Shown here one piece after another: positions 36,951-48,462 of a DNA stretch of 64,000 bases. Location: positions 215,638,001 through 215,702,000 of the forward strand of contig NC_058368.1 of NCBI RefSeq assembly GCF_018350175.1. Direction: 5' to 3'. The notes beneath the pieces are model-generated. The model was given only the letters and a program-made list of their open reading frames with translations. It was not told the origin of the DNA and made no database searches. Both the position numbers and the translations under genes were made by a program. The stretch comes from Felis catus. Its lineage: Eukaryota. Position 1 is the first letter of the stretch. The number at the start of each line of letters is the position of its first letter.

Positions 36951-38599
36951 TGAAGGGAACAATTCCTCTGAAAAGACACCAAAAATATTTGAAGATCTCC
37001 TCTAAAGGATATATGGGTCCCATCATATCATAGAGGATAAGCAGAGATACAGGCTTGCCAAATAGCTCACCCTGAGTTTTGTGAGGAATCTAACAAATAG
37101 AGAGCTTTCTCTGAGGGGCAAGTGGTTTGTGCTCTATATCAGGCACCCCAATCCTTGGGACATGTACTGGAAGATAAGCCCCCAAGACATTTGGCTCTGA
37201 AAACCAATGGAGTTTATGTCCAGGAGACCCACTGGACTGTAGGGAATGGAGATTTTGCTCTTAAAGTGCTTACATGCAGACTCACCCAGGGAGCTAGCAC
37301 AAAAAGCAATAGTTTGAGAAGTACCTAGACTATATATGAAGGAGATTCATCTGCTGGAGGGGAGGAAGCCTGCTGAGACTCTATGAGGGGAAGAAGGTAC
37401 TGGTGGGCACTGGCGTGTGTCAATTTTGTTTTCTCCCTGTAACTTACTAGTGCCAGCAGACACAGTCCCAAGCTCACTGGAAGCCCTGCTAAAGTAAGAG
37501 GGCATGTCCTCTTGCTCTTGCTGCAACAGCCCACATAGGTGACACCTCTTCAGTGCCTGGCTCTGGTGGCCAGTTAGTCTTGAGTTTCTGAGTTCCACTG
37601 ATCTGAAAACATCAGAGAGACCATTCTTGGCCAGCACCCACCCCCAAGGCACTGCACAGACAGACTGAAGCACACCCCCGTCTTGCTATGAAAAGACCCA
37701 AAACTTCAGCCTGAGAGGCACCCTTCAAGTTTACCACACATTTAAAGGCTATGGAAGTGCTCTCAGGAGACATGAGTTAGGGGATGCCATCTTTGTGATC
37801 TACTTTGGCCTCTTTACAGCTTTCCAGTACCTTCCAGAAAGGAGCTCATACACTAACATGGAGCCCCAGATTTTTGGCCAGATATTGCCAAGGGGACATT
37901 TTTAGATGTGCTCTAGAGGCCAACAAGATTTATTATTATGGTCACAAAGGGTTATATATGCTTGGATACTTTAAAAGCTGCTACCTGAGGTTCAGGCTTT
38001 CAATCAGCCTCAAACCAGGTACTGATTGAGATCCTACAGTAGATACTAAAAAATATAGTATGAAAGTAATCTAAGAATTACACTAAAGACAGTCATGAAA
38101 CCAAAGATAAAAATTTCAAAATAGGCAGAAAACAATTACAATGGAAGTACATACCTATATATCCCTTTAAATGTAAGTGGACTAATTTCTCCAAAGGACA
38201 GATTGGCTGAATAGATTAAAAAAAAAAAAGAATACTAATGTATATGCTTCCTACAAGAGACTCATTTCAAATGGAAGGACACATAAAGATTTAAATAGAT
38301 CTAAAAGGAAGTTTGATGACAATAGAAAGTAGGGGTATCCATATTTATGTTGAACAAATTAGATTTTAAATAGATAGCACCAAAAGGCAAAGAAAGACAT
38401 TACATGAGAAAGGGGTCAGTCCAACAAGAAGGTCTAATATTTGTGAATATTTAATGTGCCCAGCATATAAGAAGAAAAATATTTAAAGCAAATATAGAAG
38501 ACAATAATACAATAGCCAGGGAAATCAATACTGTTCTTATATTACTAAGTAACACAAGGAAACAGACTTAAAAACCACATTAGACCAGATGAGCTTTGT

Positions 38600-38601
<2 letters not shown>

Positions 38602-38642
<41 letters not shown>
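38602..38642. repeat. (AC)n microsatellite
   Basis: Read directly. Confidence 0.95.
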
Positions 38643-38645
<3 letters not shown>

Positions 38646-39591
38646 TGTTCCATCCAAAAGTAGGAGAACACACATTCCTCTCAAGGGCACATGAAACCTT
38701 CTCCAGGATAAATCATATGTTAGGCCACAAAACAAGTCTCAATAAATTTAAGATTGGAAAAGATGCTTGAAAGAATTTCAACCACAAGAGTATAAAACTG
38801 GATATCAATAACAAGAAAACTGGAAAAACAACAAATATGTTGAGAATAAACATTCCAAACAACCAATGGGTCAAAGAAATCCAAGGAGAAATAAAAATGT
38901 ACCTTGAGAAAAATGAAAATGAGAATACAAGATAACTAAATCCATAGGATAAAGCCAAAACAGCTCTAAAGGGAAAAATTCATAGTAGCACAGGCTTACA
39001 TCAAAGAATGAAAATCTCTAACAGCCTAGCCTCACAACTACAGGAACTTAAAGAACAAGAAAAGGCAAAGTTTAGTAGAATGATAAAGATCAGAGTGGAA
39101 ATAAATGAAATAGTGACTAAAAAAGCAATAGAAAAGATAAGAATAAGAACTGGTTCTTTGTGAAAGGTAGAATTGATAAACCTTTAGCAAATACTAAGCA
39201 AACTCAAATGAAAGAAATGAAATAGGAAAAGTCACAACTAATACTACCAAAAACAAAGCATCATGAAAGACTAGGAATAATTGTATGCCAAAAAAAAATG
39301 GACGACTTAAAAGAGATGGATAAATTCTTCAAAACACAAAATCGTCTAGACTAAATCAGGAATGAATATAAATTGGAATAGACCAATCACTGGCAAGGAA
39401 ATCGAATCAATAATCAAAAACCTCTCAAATAAAAGTCCAGGGACAGACAAGCTTCACTGATTAATTCTACCACAAAACATCCAAAGAAAAGTTAATACTC
39501 AAATATTTTCAAAAAACTGCAAAGGAGGACCCACTTCCAAAGTCCTTTTGCAAAGCCAGAAGTACCCTGATATCTAAATCTGACAAGGACA

Positions 39592-39592
<1 letters not shown>

Positions 39593-39635
<43 letters not shown>
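39593..39635. repeat. (CA)n microsatellite
   Basis: Read directly. Confidence 0.95.
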
Positions 39636-39637
<2 letters not shown>

Positions 39638-41011
39638 GATGAATATAGATACAAAATATTCAACTAAATATAAGTGAGCCAAATTAAACAATTAGACACC
39701 ATAATCAAATGGGATTTACTATAGGATACAAAGGGTGGTTCAATATTTACAAAATCAACATGATATATCATATTATCAAAACAAAGGATAAAGATCATGT
39801 GATCATTTCAACTGATGCAGAAAAATTACTTGGCAAAGTATAACATCCATTTACAGTGAAAACTCTTAAAGTGGATACAGAGAGAATATACCCAAATATA
39901 ATAAAAGTCATATATGACAAGTCCACAACAAACGTCATACTCAGGTAATGAAATACTGAAAGCTTTTTTCCTAAGATCAGGAAGAAAACATGGATGTTCA
40001 CTAGCCCACTTTTATTCAACATAGTAGTAGAAACCCTAGAGCAATTAGACAGGAAAAAGAAATAAAAGACATCCAAATTGGTAAGGAAGAAGTAAAACTC
40101 ACTATTTGCAGATGGCATATATATCATCTGCCATCATATGTATCATATGCCAAAAAATGTATCTAGAAAATCTTCACCAAAATCCTGCTAGAATAGACAA
40201 ATTCAGTAAAGTTTCAGGGTACAAAAGTCAATATATAAATACCTGTATGTTTCTATACACTAATAAGACAACAATTCCATTTATAACTGCATCAAAAAAG
40301 AATATCTAGTAATACATTTAACCAAAAGAGTGATGACATATACTCTGAAAATAAGATACCAATGAAAGAAATTGAAGAGACCAATGGAAATATACTTTGT
40401 GCTTACAAATTCAAATTCTAGTTGTTAAAATGTCCATATTACCCAAAACAGTCTGCAGATTTAATGCAATCCTTGTCAAAATTTCAATGGCATGTCACAG
40501 AACTAAAACAAATAGTTCTAAGATTTGTAGGGGATCACAAAAGATGCCAAACAGCCAAAGCCATTTTGAGAAAGAATAAAGCTGGAGGCATCATGCTCCG
40601 TGATTTCAAACTATACTACAAAGCTGTAATAAAAACAGTATGGTTTTGGCATAAACACAGTCACATAGATACATAAAACAGAATAGGTCCAGAAATAAAC
40701 CCATGTATATGTGGTCAGTTGACTTACAACAAAGGAGACTAGGTTCTACAATGGGGAAAGGCCAGTCTCTTTAATAAATAGTGCTGAGAAAACAGCACTA
40801 TATGATCTAGCAATTCTGCTCTTGGATATTTGTCCAAAGAAAACAAACACCAATTTGAAAAGATATATGCACCCTTGTGTTCATTGCAGCATATTACAAT
40901 AGCTAAGATATGGAAAAAAACCTAAGAGCCCATCTATAAATGAAAGGATGAAACATTCACCCTTTAGAAAGGATGCAATCTTGCAGTTTGTGTCAAAATG
41001 GATGGACCTTG

Positions 41012-41217
41012 GGGCACCGGGGTGGCTCAGTCAGTTAAGCATCCAGCTTTGGCTCAGGTCATGATCTTGTGGTTAGTGGGTTTGAGCTCCATCTTGGGCC
41101 TTTTGCTGAGAGCTCAGAGCCTGAAGCTTGCTTCAGATTCTGTGTTTCCCTCTCTCTATTCCTCTCCCACTCGCATGCTGTCTCAAATCTAAATAAAGAC
41201 TTTTAAAAATTAAGGTC
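41012..41217 (+). mobile_element. CAN-SINE in the L1 3' region
   Basis: 18-bp TSD CAAAATGGATGGACCTTG at 40994-41011 and 41218-41235. Confidence 0.96.
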
Positions 41218-42420
41218 CAAAATGGATGGACCTTGAGGAAATTATGCTAAGTGAAATCCAGAGAAAAATATCCTGTGATCTCAAAATATCATATCTAATT
41301 TATATGTGGAATATAAAGAAAAAACAAGCTCATAGAGAACAGATTGGTAGTTGCTAGAGGTGGGGAAGAGGGTGGGAAAATGGATGCAGGGAGGTGAAAA
41401 GTTACAAACTTCTAGGTATAAAATAAGTCCTGGGGATGTAATATTCAGCATGGTGACTACAGTTAATAATACTGTTTTACATGGTTGAAAGTTGCCAAGA
41501 AAGTAGACCTTAAAAGTTCTCCTCACAAGGAAAATAATTTTTGCAAGTATGTAAGGTGATGGATATTAGCCAGACTTATTGTGATCATTTCAAAATGTTT
41601 ACAAATATCATATATTTATGTTGTACACATGAAAGTTTTATGATATATCATTTATATACCAATTTAAAAATTTAAATAGAAAATATAAGTGTTGGAGAGG
41701 GCTTCTCTGATGGCCTCTTAACATGCTATCTTACTTTTTAAACAAAACATAGAACCTGTTCAAGTGGTTATGCCATACATTTTAGGATTTTTTAACATAA
41801 CATACATATATTGGCTCATTGTTTCCCCTAAGAGGTCTAAAGGCCAGATAGGAAAAACATCCAGTCTTCTTTGAGAAATCACCTCAGTCTACATGAAGTG
41901 ACTATATTTTACCACCTCCTTCCCCTGGGACTTGTCTTCAGTAGGTAGACATTAGTGTTCTCCAGGGAAATAAGATTTACCTTCCCCTCATTCTTACTTC
42001 TATTCCCTACTATAAATATAGGGAATTTTCCTCATGTTTTTGATGTACAACTAGCATAATCTTCCCAGAACACAAAGATCAAGCTCTCAATGAGGGCCAA
42101 AGGCTATCAGGGAAAGAAAAGGTTTCAAGGAAAACATTAATTTAGAGATATTTCAAAATATTCTCCTTCCCTAATTAAGAATTCTTATGTTGAAAAAAAC
42201 CTAATAATTGTATGAAACAAAACTTTCCATTATTGAGAGATTATTCTTAGCCATGCTCTAATAAAAATGATTTACATTTTAATTTCCAATTTCATATAAA
42301 ATACTATTAAGCGTTCTTGGTAATTTGTAGCAAAATATAGTAGTTTTATGTCATTATGGGATATCCAAGGAAATTTTAGGTATCTATTCACTATCAACAA
42401 TAAAAGTTACTGTGGAGTAT

Positions 42421-42469
42421 GCGCACACACGCACACACGCACACACGCACACACGCACACACGCACACA
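42421..42469. repeat. (GCACACAC)n octamer repeat
   Basis: About six units, strictly alternating purine/pyrimidine. Confidence 0.93.
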
Positions 42470-43149
42470 ACCATGACGAAGAATTGTTTCCGGAGTTAAT
42501 GGTCAGATGCTTTAAGTAGTGATAGTGAAGGTAGAATTCAAAAGGAAGGTTTATATTAGGTCACAAAGTATTTTGAATATTTGGCTAAGAGTAATGAATT
42601 TTTAAGTTATTTTTTTCTGTATTATTTTGAAAAGTTAGAGCCAAATTTAACTATCTGTATTGTAATTCTTTCTCATGTACTGGGATTATAGTAAGATTTC
42701 TTGAGTTAGAAACAAAAGGATGAAATTATGTCTAATATGCTAGGATTTATACAGAATCTCAATCTTAAAGATTACAGTGCTCACAAACAGAGAATCATAG
42801 GCCGAGAATTGCTTTAGAAGAGTTGTTTCTAGAAAGCGTTAGAGAAAAATAAAAATAGGTCCAATGAATTAGGTGTTGAAGGTGATCAAGTCAGCAAGTC
42901 TCATGGGTGGTTTGAAGATATAGGAAAGTGTTTTTTTTTTCTCTTATTTACCTTTAAGTAAATGGATAGTTTGATTATGGCAGAGAAGCCTTGAATATAT
43001 TTGTATAATGAAAGAATGGAGTAATATATATATATTATATATATGATAGAATAAAGAAAGGTGAAAAGAAAACTGGTAAAAAATACTTTGTGTGCTTCTA
43101 TGGTAATTTTTACAACTGTAATCAAAAGACTATTATATTATATTTTGAC

Positions 43150-43256
43150 GTTTGTTTACCCTACTAGAATATAAACTGCATTATATCTATCTTGTGAACT
43201 TTTATATTCTCATTGTCTAGCAGAGTAGCGCTCAATAAATACTTGAAGAAATTCAT
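43150..43256 (+). mobile_element. L2 3' end fragment
   Basis: CTACTAGAATATAAACT...CTAGCAGAGTAGCGCTCAATAAATACTTG. Confidence 0.65.
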
Positions 43257-44269
43257 ACAAGGTTTGTAAAGAAATACAGAGAAAGGACTAAGAGCCATCA
43301 AATGAATGGCTGTTAATCTTAGACAAAAAAGAATACCCACCCTTCCACTAAAACTCCAGACCAGGATACTCTCAAAATTTGGGATTATGGTTGATTTACC
43401 TACATGTTAGGCATTTCAAAGCTGACTGCTCTATTTTCACTGTAACTTTGAATATAAAAACTACTGAGGAAGACTGAGAGTTGCAGAAGTAATGTAATTT
43501 AGTGATGTGATATAATTTTTAAAGCAGATATAAGCAGTATGCAGTGGAGTCCAACTAAAATATGTGCCATTCAAATCCGATTGTGCCAATATTAAGGGAG
43601 TTCTTAGACATTGTTCTAGGCTTTCATAAGTTATATTGGTTTGCTCAGTATCTACTACACTGAATTGTAACAATCTACTCATGTAACTCTTCCAGAATGA
43701 ATTAGATGTTCCTCCGAAGCAGAAACTATTTTATAATCTTTATAGATTATAAAGAAAAATCTATCATGCTAAAAAACACCTAGGAAATGCCCACACAGTG
43801 AACATTTATAATCACTTAACAAAGTAGGAAGAAACACAAGTAACACTTTGAAGTTTGATAGTTACTAGAGGATATTCAAATGACCCCAAACATCTAAGGT
43901 GAACACCAATACAACACCTTCAAGTCTTCTAGTTGTTTCAGCCTCAACAGTGGAATGCATAAATTAGGTAATTAGTATGTATTTCCTACTGACATCTTTG
44001 AGGTATGGGCAAAAAAATCTTAATATATTATATATGTGAGGTATGCTGAATTCCTAGCCCATTAAAAATAATAATTATAGTTTATTCTTGCAGAAACTTA
44101 GATTCAAGTGTGACTTTGAAATTGGCTTTCATCACAAGCTAATGGGGAAGAATAAGTAAAAAATTTATAGAAATACATGTCCAAATCAGGTGATAAGAAG
44201 TATAACTAGCACTTCCTGAGTCTTTACTATGTTGAAGTCACTATGATAATCCCCTCGTGACTTACTGCA

Positions 44270-44579
44270 TACAAGTCTCTCAAGACTCTGAACTGGGTCT
44301 AGGTATGACCTAGAGGTCTTTTCATTCTATTGGGAGCAGCGTCTACCCAAGACATTTTCTTGGCATCACGGATAACAGAAGCATCAGAGAATAAATAAAC
44401 CCATGGGAATATACATGCTCTGGTTTCATCACATCTGCTGATACTTCATTGGCTGAATTTTATTACCTGGTCAAGCCCAAATTGTGGGCTATACACTATG
44501 CACAAAGGTATACATTGGCCAAAGGGATGTTTTTACAGTGGGAGAAAAGAGTGACTATTTACTGATCAATCTGTTACAC
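44270..44579 (-). mobile_element. Old MaLR LTR fragment (MLT1I/J/K-like)
   Basis: CATCACATCTGCTGATACTTCATTGGC...GGTCAAGCCCAA hallmark. Confidence 0.6.
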
Positions 44580-44687
44580 GCTGGAATGCATTTAAGTACA
44601 TAATACTGGACCGGACAGGAATGCTTTATAATCCTGGCTAAAGAAAACACAAGTGACTTCATAATTCAGTTATTTTCAATTATAATG

Positions 44688-44960
44688 TGGTATCAGGCAG
44701 AGTCCTGCAGGGAACAGATGGCATATGAAAATTTTGTAATTTAGGAAAAGTTTAAAGAAGAGAAAATTTACAAGGTATAGCGAGGATGCAGAAAAACTAC
44801 AAAGGACGGTGAAACAGCTTGGCACTGGCAAAAGCAGGGCTCTGTTAACACCACTCATTCTCAAGAGACAAGTAGGGGAGACGTGACGTCAGCATATTGG
44901 TGAACTATAGCAGAGTAATTGACCAAAAGGAAGCAGTGCTTTTGGATGTAGGCAGTCATC
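44688..44960 (-). mobile_element. ERVL-class LTR fragment (LTR67B/LTR41-like)
   Basis: GTATCAGGCAGAGTCCTGCAGGGAACAGATGGCA...AAGTTTAAAGAAG...TTTACAAGG. Confidence 0.55.
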
Positions 44961-44979
44961 AGCCTGTGTAAGGTGGCAT

Positions 44980-45256
44980 AGGTAGGAAATTTGGGCAGAA
45001 ATACACACGGAGAAGGCCACACAGAAATGAAGGCAGGGATCTGAGTGCTACAGCAGAAGGCAAGCAAAGTAAAAGATTATCAGCCAACTTCCAGAAGCTA
45101 GGAGAGAGGCATGGGTTAGATTCTCTGTCGCAACCCCCAGAAGGAACCAAGTCTGTTGGCACCTTGATCTTTGATTTATAGTCCCCAGAACTTCGATAAA
45201 CTTCTTTTTTTTTAAGCCCATTTCAAGTACTTTGGCAGCCCCATGGAACTAATGCA
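44980..45256 (+). mobile_element. MaLR LTR 3' part (MLT1B/C-like)
   Basis: CCAGAAGCTAGGAGAGAGGCATGG...GAAGGAACCAA...CACCTTGAT...GGAACTAATGCA. Confidence 0.85.
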
Positions 45257-45279
45257 TCATGCAGTGAAAATATCACCAA

Positions 45280-45420
45280 TTTGTAGTGGGGAAAGCTCGC
45301 CTTGAATGCCGGCTGTACTTCCTAGGTTTGGAGGCTGAAGCAAATGATTCAAGTTTTGAGTCTCCACGCTTCACCTGCAGCTGAATGACCTAATATTTGA
45401 CAGGGGTTGGCTCAGACTAG
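45280..45420 (+). mobile_element. MIR fragment
   Basis: Degenerate GTAGTGGGGAAAG...TTGAATGCCGGCTGTACTTCCTAG...CACCTGCA. Confidence 0.45.
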
Positions 45421-45442
45421 GGCTAAATGTCTTTGTTATTTT

Positions 45443-45554
45443 TAATTTTTTAAGAAGATTTTATTTTTAAGTAATCTCTACACCCACCGTGGGGTTCGAA
45501 CTCACAACCTGGAGATGAAGCACACTCCACCGACTGAGCCAGCCAGGCACGTCA
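45443..45554 (-). mobile_element. Short tRNA-derived carnivore SINE without CT tract (SINEC_old-like)
   Basis: AAGTAATCTCTACACCCACCGTGGGGTTCGAACTCAC...GAGCCAGCCAGGCAC; 14-bp TSD GTCTTTGTTATTTT at 45429-45442 and 45555-45568. Confidence 0.92.
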
Positions 45555-46248
45555 GTCTTTGTTATTTTATTTTACTTCTCAATTGATGAATAATTTTCTG
45601 AGGTTAGGAAAGCAGAGCAAAAAGTTTTTCAAAAGTACTGCCAGAACTAAGCACAGAGAAGCCAGGGTCACCATAGCAGGTGAGGTAAACCTGGGATTTC
45701 AAAATCCCGCTCCTTTGAATTTACTCCTTTATTTCCATTTTCCACAGATGGTGTGAGGCTTTACCCAGTTTACAGAACCTTAAAACTGTTTGTGTATTTC
45801 CACTCTAAACTAGCTTATTTCACTGAAACCTAACACCATCTCACCTTAAACATAGATAACATGTGCATTGTTTTCATCACAACCACCTTACATGAGGATG
45901 AAATCTCTAAATTATCCAAGTAGAAACACTTTTCTGTTAAGAAAGCATAAGCAGTGACCCAGAAAACTTCTCTTTCCCCTATAAAGCTCTGCTTTTTCAT
46001 CACTGCCATGTGCTTTTAATATCATTCCATGTTAACGTTGGTGCTTGGTAAAGTAATATGAAAGATAGTATAATACTTCATGGAACACAGTAATTTATAA
46101 AAGGAGAGGTTTTAAAATAATACGCTAACAATTTTATAGTACCCTTATGTTTTTCTAGCCCTTGCAAAGAGCTGAGGGAAAATAAACATGGATATTTTTA
46201 ATGTCTGGGTGAGTGCCAGTTTCACCAGGTTCCATACAAGGCATTGTG

Positions 46249-46250
<2 letters not shown>

Positions 46251-46307
<57 letters not shown>
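46251..46307. repeat. (AT)28 microsatellite
   Basis: Read directly; followed by poly-T. Confidence 0.97.
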
Positions 46308-46310
<3 letters not shown>

Positions 46311-46331
46311 TTTTTTTTTTTAAGTTACACT

Positions 46332-46520
46332 GAGGCACCTGGATGGCTCAGTCAGTTAAGTGTCTGACTTCAGCCCAGGTCACGATCTCACAGTCTGTGG
46401 GTTTGAGCCCAGCCTCAGGCTCTGTGCTGACAGCTCAAAGCCTGAAACCTGCTTCAGATTCTGTGTCTCCCTCTCTCTTAAAAATAAATTAACATTAAAA
46501 AGAATTTAAGAAAAATAAAA
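46332..46520 (+). mobile_element. CAN-SINE
   Basis: TSD AAGTTACACT at 46322-46331 and 46521-46530. Confidence 0.96.
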
Positions 46521-47139
46521 AAGTTACACTAAACATGAAACCTTAAATAACAAATGAAAAAATAAAAGTAAACTTGAGAGAGTAATTACCTATTAAGAGT
46601 GATACAGGTGGGAAATGATGGTTAAGGACAAATGGTGGACTGCTTTGTTACTTTTCTTGCTTCTTTACCCCATGAAAACTATTTTAAAGGTAGTTAATAT
46701 CAGCTTAAGAATCTTGACAATTTTATTTTATGATTAGTCAGTCATATTAGTATCTGCATTCATAGATTGGGTGAACTGAATGCTTTCAATAAAATTGCTA
46801 AAGTTTATCTGCTGAACTAAAGATAGATATAGAGAGTTCCTTGGACAGAAGGTATATTCTTTTAAGTAATAATTTTAACCTCCTTAATCCTAAGTTAATT
46901 AACAGCTTCTTAAAATAATCATATCAGTCCTTTAATGCACAGATCAAATAGGAGTTTATAAGGGCTTGGATATAATCACCAAAAAGATGAATGGTGATGA
47001 AAGCAATTTCAGCTGTAGGAGATAAAGGGAAAGATTCCTTTCCATTTCCTCCTTTGGCCTTGGACTACCAGCAGAGACCATATGATCTCTCATATGGAAA
47101 TTGCTGGCTTTGGCTACTTTAAATTCTATTTATTTACAA

Positions 47140-47770
47140 ATATGAAGTTTTCCAAGATTTTTATTAGGCACTGAAGTCAAAAGATGAATAGAGCATAAGT
47201 TGATTTCATCCTATAATTTGTAGAGGGGGAAGGTGATAGCTTGGGGTGGGTAGGGAGCAAATATATAATGATAACTTCCAATAAATACATTTCAAAAACA
47301 GGGTTTTGGAAGGGGAGCATCACAGGGGCATGAGAATGTCTAGATGGGAAATAGAATGGTAACAGAAAGACCAGCTATAAGATTATTACAATAGTCCAGG
47401 TGAGAAATGATTACAATAACCTACGATTTTAGCAAAGATGACAATAAGAATAAAACCATATTCAAGAGGCTTGGGGACCAGGTGGACATGGCAGAAGAGA
47501 GATAGTTACCAGTAAAGGATATTTCCAATGTTTTAAATTCAATGGCTGGGTAAATAATGAAGACATTAACAAGGATTAGGAGTACACATTAGATTAGATG
47601 CCAAAACTGGTTGGGAGAGAAAGCAATTTGCTCTAGATTAGAGATCACGAGTTTCAGAAACCTGTTGAATACCCAAGAACAATAAGAAATTGATCTTCAG
47701 TTTTAAAAGAAACATGCCTGGAGATAAATAGAAGTAGTAGAATTTATGGAGTGGGTAAACTTTGAAAAGG
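47140..47770 (-). mobile_element. L2 fragment
   Basis: GACCAGCTATAAGATTATTACAATAGTCCAGGTGAGAAATGA hallmark. Confidence 0.7.
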
Positions 47771-48036
47771 ACATATTAAAGATGTCTTTTTTTTAACTTG
47801 TAAGGAAATACTTGAATTATATTAGGCACTTAAAAAAAAAGATCAGGAAACAAATTTGGTCAGCTCTCCAGTTTTGAAAGCTGTTTGGCACAGTTGCAGC
47901 GATACTCTCTACTCTTTCTAAGAGCTCCATAACGGAGTTGATTTTCCCCCCATGAATTCCCCACTATTCAATACACAGAAAAATAAAAGCAAAAGGCGTA
48001 AACAAAAACATTAAAAAAATTTTTGTTTAATCTCAT

Positions 48037-48462
48037 GGTATTAACTTTCTATTGCAGCTGTAACAAATTACCACACACTTGGTACATTCAAGCAACAAAA
48101 AGTTATCGTCTTACCATTCTGTAGATTACAGGGTTTCCTGGGCTAAAATCAAGGCGTTGGCAAGGCCTCATTTCTTCTGTGGGTTCCAGGGGAGAAGCTT
48201 CCTATGCCATGGATTGAGCGCTGCTCACGTCACTTTACCCTGACCTTTTTTTTTTTTTTTCTTGCCTCCTGCTTCCGCTTTTAAGGACATTCGTGATTAC
48301 ATTAGGCACACCTGGATCATTCATGCTGGTCTCCCTATTTTATGGTTAGATGACTAGGAACCTTAACTCCATCTCTAACTTTCATGTAATGTAACATTTT
48401 CACCTGTTCTGGGACTTGGGACATGGAAATCGTTTGGGGGGGTCATTAGTCTGTCTTCCATA
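48037..48462 (-). mobile_element. MaLR solo LTR (MLT1D-like)
   Basis: GTATTAACTTTCTATTGCAGCTGTAACAAATTACCAC...GGGCTAAAATCAAGG...TTTAAGGAC...GATTACATT...GGGGGTCATTAGTCTG. Confidence 0.88.

Larger units (their letters stand above)
36955..41675 (+). mobile_element. LINE-1 (L1MA9-like) with 5'UTR, ORF1 deleted, degenerate ORF2, 3'UTR
   Basis: 5'UTR collinear with the L1 at 1645-3300; endonuclease motifs from about 38165; [28 protein letters not shown] (40422-40676 ORF); 3'UTR and A tail near 41670. Confidence 0.9.

Noticed and set aside
1645..41675. Segmental duplication between 1.6-12 kb and 37-41.7 kb
   Set aside because: Similarity is limited to two diverged L1s of the same family with different deletions and unrelated flanks.
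45443..45554. tRNA gene
   Set aside because: It has A/B-box similarity but also an A-rich tail and a 14-bp TSD, so it is a tRNA-derived SINE.
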